NCBI GenBank assembly: GCA_046563655.1
Contig: CM102287.1
Location: 4,774,001-4,838,000, forward strand
Origin: Yuukianura sp. NJ FZ-2021
Lineage: Eukaryota
DNA: 64,000 bases
Direction of reading: 5' to 3'
The notes beneath the pieces were generated by a model. The model saw only the letters and a list, made by a program, of their open reading frames with translations, was not told the origin of the DNA and searched no databases. A program made the position numbers and the translations under genes. The stretch's first letter is position 1, and every line of letters begins with the position of its first letter. Below are positions 11,475 through 24,874 of this stretch, piece after piece.

Positions 11475-14400
11475 ATGGACTACTCTCCCACCATGTCAAT
11501 GACACAACAACCGCAGCACAACATTCAGGCAACACCGGTTGGACCAAATGGCTCACCCACGCCGATCAAGCTGGAAGGCAGGAGCTTCATTAAGCTTGAA
11601 GCTCCGGACTACTCGACGCTGAATCTGGTCGACCCTGACTTTGAGCCGCAGACGAGAGCTCGGTCTAATACTTGGCCACAACCCCGTCCAGAAGAACCCT
11701 GTACCCCGCACGGGGTTCAACCGCCACAGGACCAAGAAGGAATGGGGGCAGGACTCCTAGGTTTCCAGAAGAAGTCAACGTCACGCAGGAACGCCTGGGG
11801 CAACATGTCCTACGCTGACCTCATCACACAAGCCATCCAATCTTCACCTGACAAACGACTCACTCTCAGCCAAATCTACGACTGGATGGTCACCAATGTC
11901 TCCTACTTTAAGGACAAGGGCGACTCTAACTCTTCTGCCGGCTGGAAGGTAAGCACAAATCATGTTAATCATTTATAGTTAGGTTAATAACCTAATTTAA
12001 CGTTAGGTGAGCAAGGGAGGAGAGTATGGACAAGTTATGGCTGTGAGAGAGTTGGTTGACCTCGGTTGACCTCTCATACGAGGCAGTGGCCTCATCTTCT
12101 CCACTCCACGAGGAGAAGATTTGAAAATCATTCAAGAGTCTCTCAAAGGGTTTTGGTTTTGACTTTTGAAAGATCATAAACAACACTCTTAAATTGAGCA
12201 AAAGTCGTTCACTTTTTTAAACTGTTCTCACAAGCTGGACAGTTTCAGGAAAAATGTTAAGCATAATCTAAATTAATGAGAAGACGATAGAAAGTTGGGG
12301 TCAAGAAGTCATCTCTCGATGCAATTTTTTAAGCATGTGTATGAATTTTGTGAGTTTTTTTTTAAGCAGAGTATGATATTTAAGTTTTGAATCATGGAAA
12401 AAGAAAGGCAAAGGGAGTAACTAACTGTAAAACAGTGTGAGTTAGAAAACGATCTTTGGAGCGTCCTTATTTTTATGCGGTTCTTACTCCCGAGTTCCTT
12501 CTGAACTGAGAGCCTTACTCATTCACTGAAGAAGTTAATAGCTTTTGATTTTAGTAGTTTTTCTCTACCTTTGGAACAACTGTTAAAAGTAAGGAAAAAA
12601 CAAGAGTTTTATGGCAGTTTTTAAAATTGGCCATTTAGGAATTAGGCAGAAATTTTGAGAATTCTATTCAAGCGTTTTACAGTCCTTTGTCCCTGGGTTC
12701 ATGGCTTTGAACGCGGCATGTTTTGCTAAATAACAAACGCATCACCTCAAACGGCTTGGGAGAAGAGAACGCAAAATTAGGAGGAAGTTTATTAAAAATT
12801 AATTTCAATTTGGATTCGTTTTTGAAGTTGAGTTGGACTGGGACTTGCGTGTGAAAAGTTGGAAGGCCATGAGAGAAAGTGTCATTGACGCACAGGGAGT
12901 AATTAGATGAGCAGTTTATTAAAAAATTCATAAACAGCGATTTTTAGTTTTTAGTTATGTACATGAAATTTTTAAGTTTTTGCTGAGTTAGACGGAATTT
13001 GAGATGCGTGTGAAAGACGGTGGGGATTTTTAAGCGTCGGGAATTGTTAGTGATGAGAAGAAATTTAGTGTTTAATGACAAGTGCGAAGATGATTTTGAG
13101 TTTATTAGTTTGTTGGGAAAAGACTACGACGCAGACAAGGCAGACACTGTGACGCATTTGACGCTGCGTGTTGGTGACGTGACACTTAATTTTGCAATTC
13201 GTGTGACTAGTTACGGTGTTTTTGTTTTAGTTTTTTTTAAACCAGCACGACAAAGCAAAGTTATTATGATTTTTCAGGATTTTTTTTAAAGAAAATATGG
13301 GGGGCAATACGAGAATTCTGAATTGTTTTACGTCAGTTTTTTTTTACGAGGATTTCACTTGCGTAAAACTTTTTCGAGCATTTACTGCGTTATAATTTTT
13401 GTAGTACTGTCAGCGTCAATAAATTTGAGCAGCGACAGTGAAAGTTTTAACAAAATTTCAAAATTTTGGAAAAGGATGTGGAAAAGTCATGTTTGGGTGG
13501 AAATTAAAAGGAAAAGGGCAGGAAGTGGGTTGAGTTGAGGCAGGTTAGTTTGGTTTATTAATAAATTCTGGCTGTAGGGCGAGTGAATGTGAATTTGTTT
13601 GAGTGTGGATATAAATATTTATTAGATTCGACTTACTCTATTGTTTCTGGGCAATTAGTTGTTCCTGGCAATATTATTTTGCGGTAGGTTGTGGAATGTA
13701 AAGGTAGGTTTTATTAGATTTTGAGAGGATTGTTATGATATGGTTAAGTTATGGATTCCTATTGTCTCATCAGCTACTAAACTCCTGTCAACACAAGTTC
13801 AACAGACCCGTATAAAACTTACTCATAGGAGACTAATTTTCTAACAAAAGACTCTCGTTCTTGTATTCGTGTAGAGGTTGATGACATCCAATGAGAATTT
13901 ATTACTTCCGAGTCATTCAAAATGAGAGGGTGAACGTATTTTAAAACTTGAATTCAAAGAATTCTTTTACTTTTTAGTAAATTTTAAGTTTTTCAAATGC
14001 TCGCAGATGTGGAGAAAATTTTGAGTGCCCAGAAATGCAAGGAAAGCTTCCGAAAGTTTTAAGTTTCCAGAAACGCCTGAAAATATCCTGCTTTGAGTTA
14101 CAATTTTATAGAGAGGTTTTTTTAGAGTTTTCTTTTTCACTTTGTGAGAAAGATGGTTCAGTAATTGGATTTTGGGGGATTTGCGTTTGTGAAAAGTTTT
14201 GGATTTTAGCGTAAGGGTGCGTGGGAGTGAAGTCCAAGGGAACTTTCTCCGTGTGGCTGTCATTTGAAAGTCCAAGGTCACTCTGACAATTGAGCCAGGT
14301 AGAGCACTCTGGGAGCTTACATTCTGTGAGCCTATAAGACATCGAGAAACTAAAACTTGGAAGAGGCGGATGAGAGTGAAAGTGATGGAAATCACTATGG

Positions 14401-17400
14401 AGATCACCTACTTTCTTCCTTCCAGAATCCACATCCACTCCATGTCCATACCAAGGAGAAAGTCTACAAGTTCTCATACATGGTGTCCTTGGACTCCTTT
14501 GTGTAGTCTCCAGCGCCTTAGCTTACTGGTTTCCACTTTCCAATGTTATTTTAATGCGTGGTGGCGTCTGCTGATGATATGAGCATGCTAATTTGAGGTG
14601 AGACTAGATTAGGCTCCATGAGACTAAATTAGTCTAGGTGGGACTAGATTTTCACAAAACGGGCAGCAAAGTTAAAGATAAGTTGCTTTTTGCTTTGAAT
14701 TGACTTGAAAATGTTTTGTTAGGTTTCGTTTGTTATTGTTTACGTTCAGGTGAGAGGTGGTGACAGCATTGTAGTGAATTTGTTAATTCAGCTAAGTTCA
14801 GCGCAAAATTTTAGCGAAATTTTGAAAACGACGCATATCTATTTGATGATAGAATTCCGGAACGTATGGGCAGACGGGCAGAGTTCGCGGACTGTGACGA
14901 ATGTTGGCTGGCTGAATTTGAGTGGATGGGATGAGTGAGTGCTATATTGGACCAATTTTTTAATTAGGAGAAAGTGATAATGAAGATTTCGACACTTTTG
15001 AAGTGTCTCTGCATCCTGTCATCGTCATTCCCTCCCCATGGTCTACCTTGGTCACTTTTTGTTTCACTTGCTATTTCAGTAGACTCCATCAATGCTCATG
15101 GAATCACATGCCAAGGACTGTGGTGAATAATGCTGGCATGATAAGAGTTTTTAGAACACAATTCCCAATTTCGCATTTTGGATAAAGTTTTAAGCGCGTG
15201 GCATGATAAGGAGCGGCCAAGCGAGGGGGAGGATTTCTGAATTGCAAAAGTGGCCTTGACCGATTTGGAAATTGAAAAAGTTTAGAAAAAATTGCACCTC
15301 TTTGTGAAAATGTCCAGCACTAGCATGGAGAAAGTTTTGAAATTCGATACTTTTAAAAAGTGCCGTTTTTTCATGCTATGTTGCACTTTTTATGCGAAGA
15401 AGCATCAGGTTGTATTGAATGTGCTTTGCAAAAAAGACGTTGGATGTAGAATGTTTTCCTGAAGATGTCTGAATTATTGATGGTTAGCCGTTTGAGAACG
15501 GAGTTCTTGAAAATGAGTTTTTTGTGGCTGTTTGAACGCCGTTTGAACACAATGATGTTAGTACTACGTGCGGCAGAGTTGGAGTTGACGTCAGAGGAAT
15601 GATGGATAATGTCAGTTTTATGTTTGTATTTGGTGGCCTTGGAAGTTTAGTGGAGGTGTGCAATAGGCTTTAGAGGTGAATAATTGAAGAGAAGGTGGAT
15701 AGGCTGAGACTTAAAGTGGAAATGTAATGTTAGCATTTAATTAATTAAGATAATTAATTAGTGCGGGGTGAGAAGAGGGAGGTGGTGGTGGGCATTATAC
15801 TGTGGTTTAGGTGATTGGTGGACTGGATAAAGTGCTTGGCTGTTGGCTCATGAGCAGTGATCGTGTGTCTTTGAGTCAAGGTGAGCAAGCTGGAATTCCA
15901 TAGAAGGCACATCTCTCTCTCCAAGGTCAATTTTTTGCGAGTAGTTTCAGGTTCAACTTTAAAGTGGATTTGCAACACTACTAAGTCAGAGAGATGCAGA
16001 GAACGGCGCACCAACCAAGTTTTATTGCAATTTTTTTCTTGCTGGTGCTCCTGGCTTCTCTCAGTCAGTGGATGTGAATTTTTGAGTTGCGAGGAGATGA
16101 GGAGAAGTTGAATTTTTTTTCTGGTTCTGCTTCTTTTTGTAGTGGTTTTGGAAAAATGGGAGGATTTAATCGAGATTTTAATCTGTCACTCTCTTCGGTT
16201 GAGACTGAGATGGATGTGGCTCATTTCCTTGGAAAAATAATAGAATTGACTTCAGATTCAATTCCAATTTCCCCCCGTGATTTCAGGAAAATCTAAGCAC
16301 CCCGAGTATTACTGATTTCAAATCCGATCAAAATTTAATTTTTAAAAGATTTGTCTAAAAAATAGACTTTCTCTGCAGCTTGCTATAGAAGTTTGATTTC
16401 GCAGTACAAATTCTTCACTTTGTTTATGAAAAATAACATTTTGAATGATGAGCTTGATGATTCTTTAGGAGTTTTAAACTTCAAAGATTGCGGTTTGGAG
16501 TTTTGGTAGGATTTTTGATTTTTCCGGTCTGGCGAGGAGAAATTTTTGGAGGAAACGCTGACATATCCTTTCAGCGTAGATTTGGGCTAAACGTTGGTGT
16601 GGCTGCTTAAAGGGTTAGCGTAATTAGTAATTAGCTGATTTGGAATTTAGAGGTGGTTGTGAGTGGCTTTTGATCCGAGAAGAGACGGCTTAGCTTAGGA
16701 CTTCTTCAGATTAGGTTAGGTTAGTATAGTTTCAGGCTAGGTTCTGGTAAAGTTTGGAGTGCCTAATGGTTCCCGTTTTTAAATCAGTTAAGTGAATTAA
16801 CTAATTTGAAATAGCTGAAGGAGTCATTAGGAAATTGGCCATTAGCAGGAGCTCGAACTGTGCTTTTTCTGGAAGTAGCGGTTTTTTGAAGGGGTCTCCG
16901 TTGTAAAAAGGGAAAGTGCGTAGCGATTGTGATTGTGTGGGGCTTTTGGTCCGACGTAAGGTTAGGTCTTGTTCCTATGTGAAGGTGACTCATAAATTAG
17001 GAGAGGCCTGAGAGAGTGAAAGTGGGTTCCTGATCTCCAGCAGAAGCGTCTCCTTGGACTATAAATACACAAGGACGACTCAAATCTCTCTTTTCCTTAC
17101 GTCTTCGTGTCTCTACCAACTTTAATGTAGAAGATATTTCCTTCTCTTTTTGTAGGAAGTTGAATGTCGTGACAATCCAATTAGAAGGGGGCTAATAGAC
17201 ACCTTATGCTATGGGTAGGATTGGCCCAAGAGTTTTTGTGAAGACCAATTAACTAAAATGCTTTCACCAATTCAATTAATTCTAAACCTGCAGGAAGTGC
17301 TTGTAGGGTTCAATTCAATGTCCCATTTCTCATGTCCTTTACAAACTCATTACAGTAAAAGGTGAGGTGAACAGACCATTTCGGCGCCCAAGTTAAGTCG

Positions 17401-20400
17401 TTATGCTACACCGAAATAAAGACGGTGTGGGAGAAAGCGGGTTTAAAAAACACAATGATAAAAAAAGTATGCAAAAAGAGAAAGCAGCAAAAAAAATCAA
17501 ATACAGGAAAGAACAAAGAAGTAAAACAAAAGGGAAGAACAGCAAGAGAGCAAAAAGAGGCGAAATAACAAATAAAGACGAAGATACCAAATAAACAAGA
17601 GGAGCAAATAGTTAAAATGACCGAATAAAACAAAAAGAGAAAGTGTTGAGAGTTTTGCTGTTGAATTTTGGTGATGAAAATTAGGAAAGTGTTGTAGAAT
17701 GTTCCCACTTTTTTTTTCTCTCAAGGACTTTTGATAGATTTTGGAGTTGTAGAAATTGAACTTTTTAGGCTTTTAGATTTTTCACTTCTTGGGGCTTGTA
17801 TTTTGAAATTTCTGACTTGTAATTTGAAATTTTGGACTTGTAAATGTGAATGGGAGGCGATGTTCTTTTTTGATTTCGATTTCCAATTAGATTGAAATGA
17901 GGCCTACAGTGTAGAGGTGAGTGAAGATGGTAGGGATTGATTGGAGGTGAGTTAATTGGAGAAGGTGCTTTCTCTAGCCCTTGTCCTCTTCCTCTAGTCA
18001 CTTAACCTAACTTTCTCCTGTCGATTTTTCTGAATATTTTAATACCTCCTGAGAGAGAAGGGATGAGTTAAACCGTTTCCTAACCTAATGGAAACTTAAT
18101 TAAACTTCTGTATGGCCGAACAAAGACAGTTGAAATCAGTCCAGGGATAATCAATTCCTGAAGTTTCTGCACTTAACGGAACGTGTCAAAGGAGCCATTT
18201 TAGATGTCAAATGGCGCAGAACGGGTGGAATTGACCAATTCCAACTTTGGACAGAGACTATTCCATGTCCATAGTTAATAGCTACACGTCAATTCACTCT
18301 AAATCAATTTCATCCAGTTGAATTGGAAAAGTATGGGCTAAAACTCTGCGTTCAAAGAATTACATTGTTTCGGGGTGGACTTTTCAATTAAAGTTTGAAA
18401 ATTGGAAATTGGACAATTTTTAAATGTAAGCGATCTGAAATTTACGTGACAGTTGAATCTGGCGCTTTTTTTTGGTGCAGGGACGAGGCCTTGAAGTCTC
18501 TACTAAGAGAAAAGCGTCCTTGAAACGAGAAACCAGATGGGACTTGAAGGGTTTTGTGAAAATGAAGCCCTTTGCATGTATACTTTTCTTTTAAAATGAA
18601 CCGCTTCTGTTCCTTGAAGGATCACTATGTGTCCTAATTCATTTTGGGAAAGGTGAGGGAGGAGTACTGCCAGTACTGTGCTGCCAGTACTGGACTTATG
18701 GTTGGAAACTGAAGGTCAGGGGAGCCCTTTCCCTTTACATAGGAGTGACCCTTTCATTGTTCTCTCATAATACATCCTAAGTACCCCCTTCGTTTATTCA
18801 CATTTTCGTATTTTAGAAAAAAGAGAGAGGAAATTTCATTTTTTGGTCGTTTTCTGCTAACGTCACGTTGCGTTTTTGGAAAACCTAACCTTGAGCAGGA
18901 TTTTTGCTTAAAAGATGCGATTGGCTGCCATTGGGTTGCTGATTGTCGTTAATTTCCAACGTGCCAGTTCCTCTTTTTTGAATTAGTTTTTTTGAAATAG
19001 TTTTTGAAAACCGGTTGAAGATGAGTGATTTTTTTTGTGGACAGGAGAAAGGTTTTGGGAGGGGCAGTGAAAGCGAAGCGTAGCATCACGCCCTCCGCTA
19101 TCTCCTGCTAGAAGTCATCGCTGACTGTGTGGGTCACCTTGTGAGGCTTGTTGTGACCTCGAACTTTTGTGTGTTCATTATTAATGTGGCGAGGAGTTGC
19201 GTAGGGGAAATGAGAAAGTGCAGGAAAGCTTTCTCCGTGCTAAAAGACTAACGAGAGAACTTTTATGATTGATCCTCCTGTGACGTTAGTCAAGAGGAAT
19301 AAACTCGAGCGGCAGAAACAGCTGCTCTATGCTGTTCGATGCTGAAACGTGAAGATGATTTGGGCAGGATGACCGCAGTATGGCTAATACCAACAATGGA
19401 AGTGACATAACCCTTTGCCCAGCAGATCCATTGTTATGTCTAGGGCCAAACGTTCTTCCTGTGGTACCCTTAGAATATTTTACATCTGGATTCTCGGAAA
19501 ATTGTGGAAAAAGTTTGGTTTTTGAGAGAGCCCTTCAAATTCAAAGGGGTTTTGGGAGCCCTTTGCCTCGGCAATTGTTTGAATTTGGCAAGAATTTCCG
19601 CCGCGGTCATGAATGACATGAGTGAAGTGATGTGGAGATGGTCATTGTGCGATGCTGTGGAGCCCTTGGAAGGGCCTCGGATTACACTTGAGAAGTGACA
19701 ATGGGAGGGTAGGGCATTGACTAATGGCTAATCAGAACGACCCGACAAAACCTTCTGGGTTCAGGGAAGGAACGTGGGTGGGTTGCTGTGGGTTCCCTTG
19801 GTTCTGGGAATGAATTATGCAAGTTGTAACACCGAAACTCCGACGTTAGCTGCTGAAACTTTAAAGTCTTCGATGAAATTTTGGAGTGTTTCGATGAAAT
19901 GAATTTGAATGGGGGAACTACTGGAAGTTGCTCTTTTGTACTAAAAGTAGTCATTACCCGAGTAAGGTTTCCGCTGTTTGTTCATATATGTTTATGCTTT
20001 ATGGTTGCTCTGCAATTTCTGGAAAGCGTAAACAATTTAATGAGGTCACAAGTATGACTCCTGCTTTCAGCTAGTATCCGAACCTACCTCAACTCTGGAC
20101 AGCTAATTTTAAGTTCCAAGGACGACCTGTCGTTGACACTTTGCGGTTGAAAATCAAGGATATTGTTACATACTATTAATTTACTATAATTGTTCTGTTA
20201 CTGTGTGGGGGTAACAGAGCTGTAATTTCTTGGAAATTAGCTAAAGTTTGCAAAACTTGTGAGGCTTGTAGCGTACATTCGATTTTGAGGACAAAGTAAA
20301 CATTGCTCGGTGCTTCTCCAGAAGCCGTGATTTGATTTTGTCGCGTTGGGATTGGGAATGGGATATTGAACATTGTGTGGGTAGTTTGAAGGTTGCTTTG

Positions 20401-23400
20401 TACTTTTAAGACATATCGCTTACTGTGCTGCGACGTTTCCATGGATTTTGAGTCTTTGGACGACGGAAGAGCGTCTTTATGGCAGCGACTAATTGGTTTC
20501 TTGCTGGAGGTTCACTTTCAAAGGATCCGAATTTTAGACAGAAAAAGAAAGAACTGCGCACTTGCTAGACTTTGCAAACTTTCTCTCTACTTTTGTTAGC
20601 TTGTTCACTTTCCCTTGATCATGCTCTAATTATGAAGCCCTAGTTTGAGATTAAATGTGACGCCTAGGGACTAAGGGATGAGGCAATTGTTAAGTCTCCA
20701 GAATTTTCCAATCAGGATCTGTAAGAAAGAAGAAAGTATGATTTGCCGGGAAGCAGAGAAGTGGAAGATCAAAAGTTGGATATAATCAAATGTCGTCTTG
20801 TAGTCCCTTGGAAGTTGCTTAGATTGAGGTGTAAGTGCTCTCTAAGATGAGGAATTAGTTAGTGTGGAGCCCTTTGTCTCATGTCGTGTTCTAATTGAGA
20901 CAAAATGAGGGCGAGATGCTGAGGAAAAGCGAAAAAGAAAGTAAAAGTGGTAAACAACTCTGCCTGTCGCTTTCGATCTATTCACACCGTGTTGATTATC
21001 TCATTACTCAAGCCAAAGCGTCTCAATCAAACAGCTCCATAGCCTCATTCAGCGTCTTGGTGTTTCTGTGATGTCGTCTGTGGCAAAAGCGATTCCTTGA
21101 CTACTGTTCTGTAGAGGAAAATGTAAATTCATGACCTTTTGAGCTTGAGTGATTTTGCTGGTGACTTAAATTAATTTTGTGGTTGAATCTGTAGTGCTGT
21201 AGCAGTAAGGTGGTAATGGTGATGGAGGGTTAACGGGATTACAAGCACAAGAGGCAGTACATGCTACTGATTTCTTGCCTTGAACACCTTCTGAGCAGGC
21301 ACTTTAATCGTTTACACTTTTCCACAATTCTGGTCTCTTGAGAGTACTCAAGAGAGCTGGTTTTTTGGGTTTCACGTGGCACCACTGTGGCTGAAGAACT
21401 TCCGTTGAATCTGGTACAGATTCTTTTGTTTAAATTAAAATCAAGAGCCATCAGAATGGAACCAGCTTACTACGCTAATACTTGTGAGATCAGATTATGG
21501 TTTATGTAAGAGGAAGGTGAAAAATTCATTTGCAAAAACCGATTCAACGGGTGTTGTGGATTAGTTTTTGGAGCTTGCTGCAGGCCAAAATCTTGAGGTT
21601 AATGGTAAAACAATTTTTGTGGAAATTACTTGAACGTGTTTGCAGTTTTAAAGTTGTTTTTAAACTTAAAATGTTAACATTGGTTTCAAACTCAATGCGA
21701 AGAAAACAAGAAAGGAACTTTTCTCTGGGCAGGGACTTTTCATCTTTTACTTGAAGTTAAATTGTAATGATTTTTGGAATTCGTTGCAATTTGATGGCTT
21801 TCTTCACTCCTTTGAAGACTTTAGTTTTCATCTAAAAGTGAGTCACTTGAGCGTTTTCTCTTTGGTTTTTGGCTGCTTAGAGCTTTTACAGTTGGTAACT
21901 TGATCTCAGATTAGCAGAACCGGTTTACATCAGAATTGTTGGAATGGAAAATACAACATTTCAAATTAGAGACGAAGTAGAGAAATTAATTGTTTAAAAA
22001 TTAGTCATCGAGGAAGCTTCTTATGCCAGGATGCGTCGATGGGGAACGGAATAGGCAGTGGATTAGATAATAGTTAAGAATAGCGTTATTAAAGACACAG
22101 TTTTAGTTGGAGTTACAGTAATTAAAATCTGAGGGTGTCAAACTCTTTGTCCGCTGAATAATAAAATTGCGTCATGGTTTATTTTTTTGGGAAGTCGAAG
22201 TGAACAATAAGTTCCTCATCGAAAACTATTTTGAAGAGTAATGAGTGCAAATGACTAAAATTAGACATTGAATTCCGATTGACTTTGACTGTACTGTGGG
22301 ATTGAGACGCACGGCGGTGAAAAGTTGAGGAAAGCGTTGGATGTGTGAAAAAAGGAATGGGAAGATGATGAAATCATTAGAACGAGATAGGGTTTCACAT
22401 GATTTGCGAAGTTTTGTGTGATACTGATTTTGATCTTTTTTTATTTCCAGAACTCTATCCGTCACAACTTGAGCCTTCATAACCGATTTATGCGAGTTCA
22501 AAATGAAGGAACAGGGAAATCCTCTTGGTGGATGCTAAATCCGGATGCAAAACCCGGAAAGGCAGCACGTCGACGTAATTAAACTTACAAATAAAATTTT
22601 ATTTTATTTGATTGAAGAATTTTTAATTTTGGATTTGATGTTTATTAGAACGAGCGACGTCAATGGAAACATCGAAATATGAGAAGAAACGGGGAAGAAT
22701 CAAGAAGAAAATTGAAGCAATGCGAAATGGTGGAAGTATCCTTGACACGCCGTCCCCGTCCAGCTCGCTGTCCGAAGGACTTGACCTCTTTCCTGATTCC
22801 CCACATGTAAAAACTTGACCTTGAAAAAACAATATGTGTGTGACATAATTGTGCTAAATTTAATTTTGTTTTCAAATTTTGTAGCAGCAGGTCCACAACT
22901 TCAACTTGTCTCCTTCTGACTTCCGTCAGAGAACGAATTCCAACGCGAGTTCGTGTGGTGGCCGCTTGAGTCCCATTCTTGGAGAAGTGGGAGTGGATCA
23001 TCACCATGACAGCAGCCAAGCTCCTCCGCTGTCTAGCTGGGATTATGGAAATTACGCTGCCTATGGGTCTCCTGGACATGGGCTCGTGGGATCGGATCGA
23101 TTCGGAACGGAGCAACTGGCTCTCGGCCTTGCCAGCACAGTGAAGCTCCAGGAGTCTGGCGTGGGCAGCTACGACTTCCATGGACAGAGCTATCAGTCAC
23201 CTCAGGTAATTGGAGGAGGACAAAGTAGCCGTAGTCGTAGCACTCTTCCACACTATCACTCCTATCAGTTCTATGCACTACAGTCTAATTATCGGACGAC
23301 TCTTGCTCAAGCCCAAGCAAAGATCGAAAAACGAAGGGTGACGACACTTGAACATCATAGATGAGATGGTAGTGACGCTTGTGTCATTTTTATTTGCAGG

Positions 23401-24071
23401 GCTTTGCCGGTGGGAGCATACAACAAAATGGCGGGTTCCGTCGCCCTCCTCTTGGCATTCCAGCGACTATTAAGGTACGAAGCACACAAATCAATCATTT
23501 TACGACCACTTAATTCACTTGCTGTTGTACGTTTTTAATCGTTTTTGGATCTTTCAATAGAGCGAGCGAGGAACACATTCGGTGGATGCTCATCTGCTCA
23601 ATGGAATTTATGGGACCACGTTTCTTGGGACGCAACCATCCTTCCTGTCCAACACCAACAACCACCACCTCCTCCAGCACGTAGAGTCCAAAGCGCTGTC
23701 CAGTATTCATCACACAAATGCTGACCTGGACTTCAATGTCGATGTGGACGCGCATCCCTTTGAGTGTAATGTCGACGAAGTTCTGCGCTCGGAACCAGGA
23801 ATTCTGAGGGATGACTTTGATGACTTCGGTGGTCCAAATTCTGGTGCTTCTAATCTTATGCAACAACCGCCAACTGGTATAACATCCTCAGCTTCATTTC
23901 GTAATGTTTGTTGTCGTTTTTCAAGACGTCTTACATGAATTCTCTTATTTTGCAGCAGTCACCATGCCGTGTTCACCAGCGATCGCTCCAGGGTCTCCAT
24001 TTCAGTCTACGGTGCACCACCATCATCAGCCACAAAGCAACGGGAGGCAGTGGACATCAGTACTTCATTGA
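11475..24071 (+). CDS. FoxO: Forkhead box O transcription factor
   Basis: Exons 11475-11948, 22451-22574, 22649-22805, ~22884-23205, 23400-23474, 23561-23876, 23956-24071. Forkhead domain [19 protein letters not shown]...[33 protein letters not shown]. Three Akt sites: RARSNT, RQRATS, RQRTNS. CR3 motif [12 protein letters not shown]. Poly(A) signals ATTAAA/AATAAA at 24761-24773. Confidence 0.97.
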
Positions 24072-24874
24072 ATCAACAGTAATGCTTAGGACACATTTAT
24101 AAAAGAAAACTACTTCCATTCTGAGGAGCTTATCATCGTTTTGTTTTGTTACTAGGTGACGAAGTCGCTGGAACTGGAATGGAAATGTTGTAGCTGGTGT
24201 GAGGGAAGAAAGACGGCGCGTGCCAGGGATGCTAAGGACGCATGACTCTAACCCTTAGGAGTTTAGTTAATATTTGAGTTTAGAAGATTAGTTTTTAGAA
24301 GAAAAGAGCTAAAACTATTGAAATGACATGTCTAACTACTATTTGGAGTGGTACAACACTTTTGTGAAACCCTGTTTCTGCTCAGGGTTTAATTTTAATT
24401 TTGTTGATGAGGTTTCTACTCGGTTAAATAGTCATTTAGTCAAATCGAATTACTGAAAATGTAAATCTAAAATGGAATTATTTTTCTTGTTCTTTTGTTT
24501 TGTATAATGCAGGGATAAATGGACTTGTGACCTTTTGATTTTAGTTAACTGTCTGTGAGAAACATGGAATTCATGCTCAGGTTGTGTCGTGTAGCTAAAG
24601 GAGTTGTAGCTTTTAGAAAAAAGACCGACATTAATTACAAAGTGTTAAACACAAGAACACGAAGATGCCCGTACCTAAATAAAGATAATGTTCCACGTTG
24701 ATCTTTGGATTTGAAACGTCCAAGTATTGTTTTTGCATGTTGCACGGCTTCTATCTGCTGATTAAACAATAAAAATCTATAAAAACTAAACGATTTTTGA
24801 CGCACAGCGATGAAATCGCGAAATTCAGATTGTTTTGCGTTAGTTTGAAGTATTTGCGGCGTCTCGAATTGGCA

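Noticed and set aside
14370..14600. Possible daf-16b-like alternative forkhead exon in the FoxO intron
   Set aside because: The frames I read stop before the donor and show no forkhead similarity.
17393..17724. Lys-rich + strand ORF and hydrophobic minus-strand ORFs in the FoxO intron
   Set aside because: By-products of an A/G-rich low-complexity tract; no supporting splice structure or domain.
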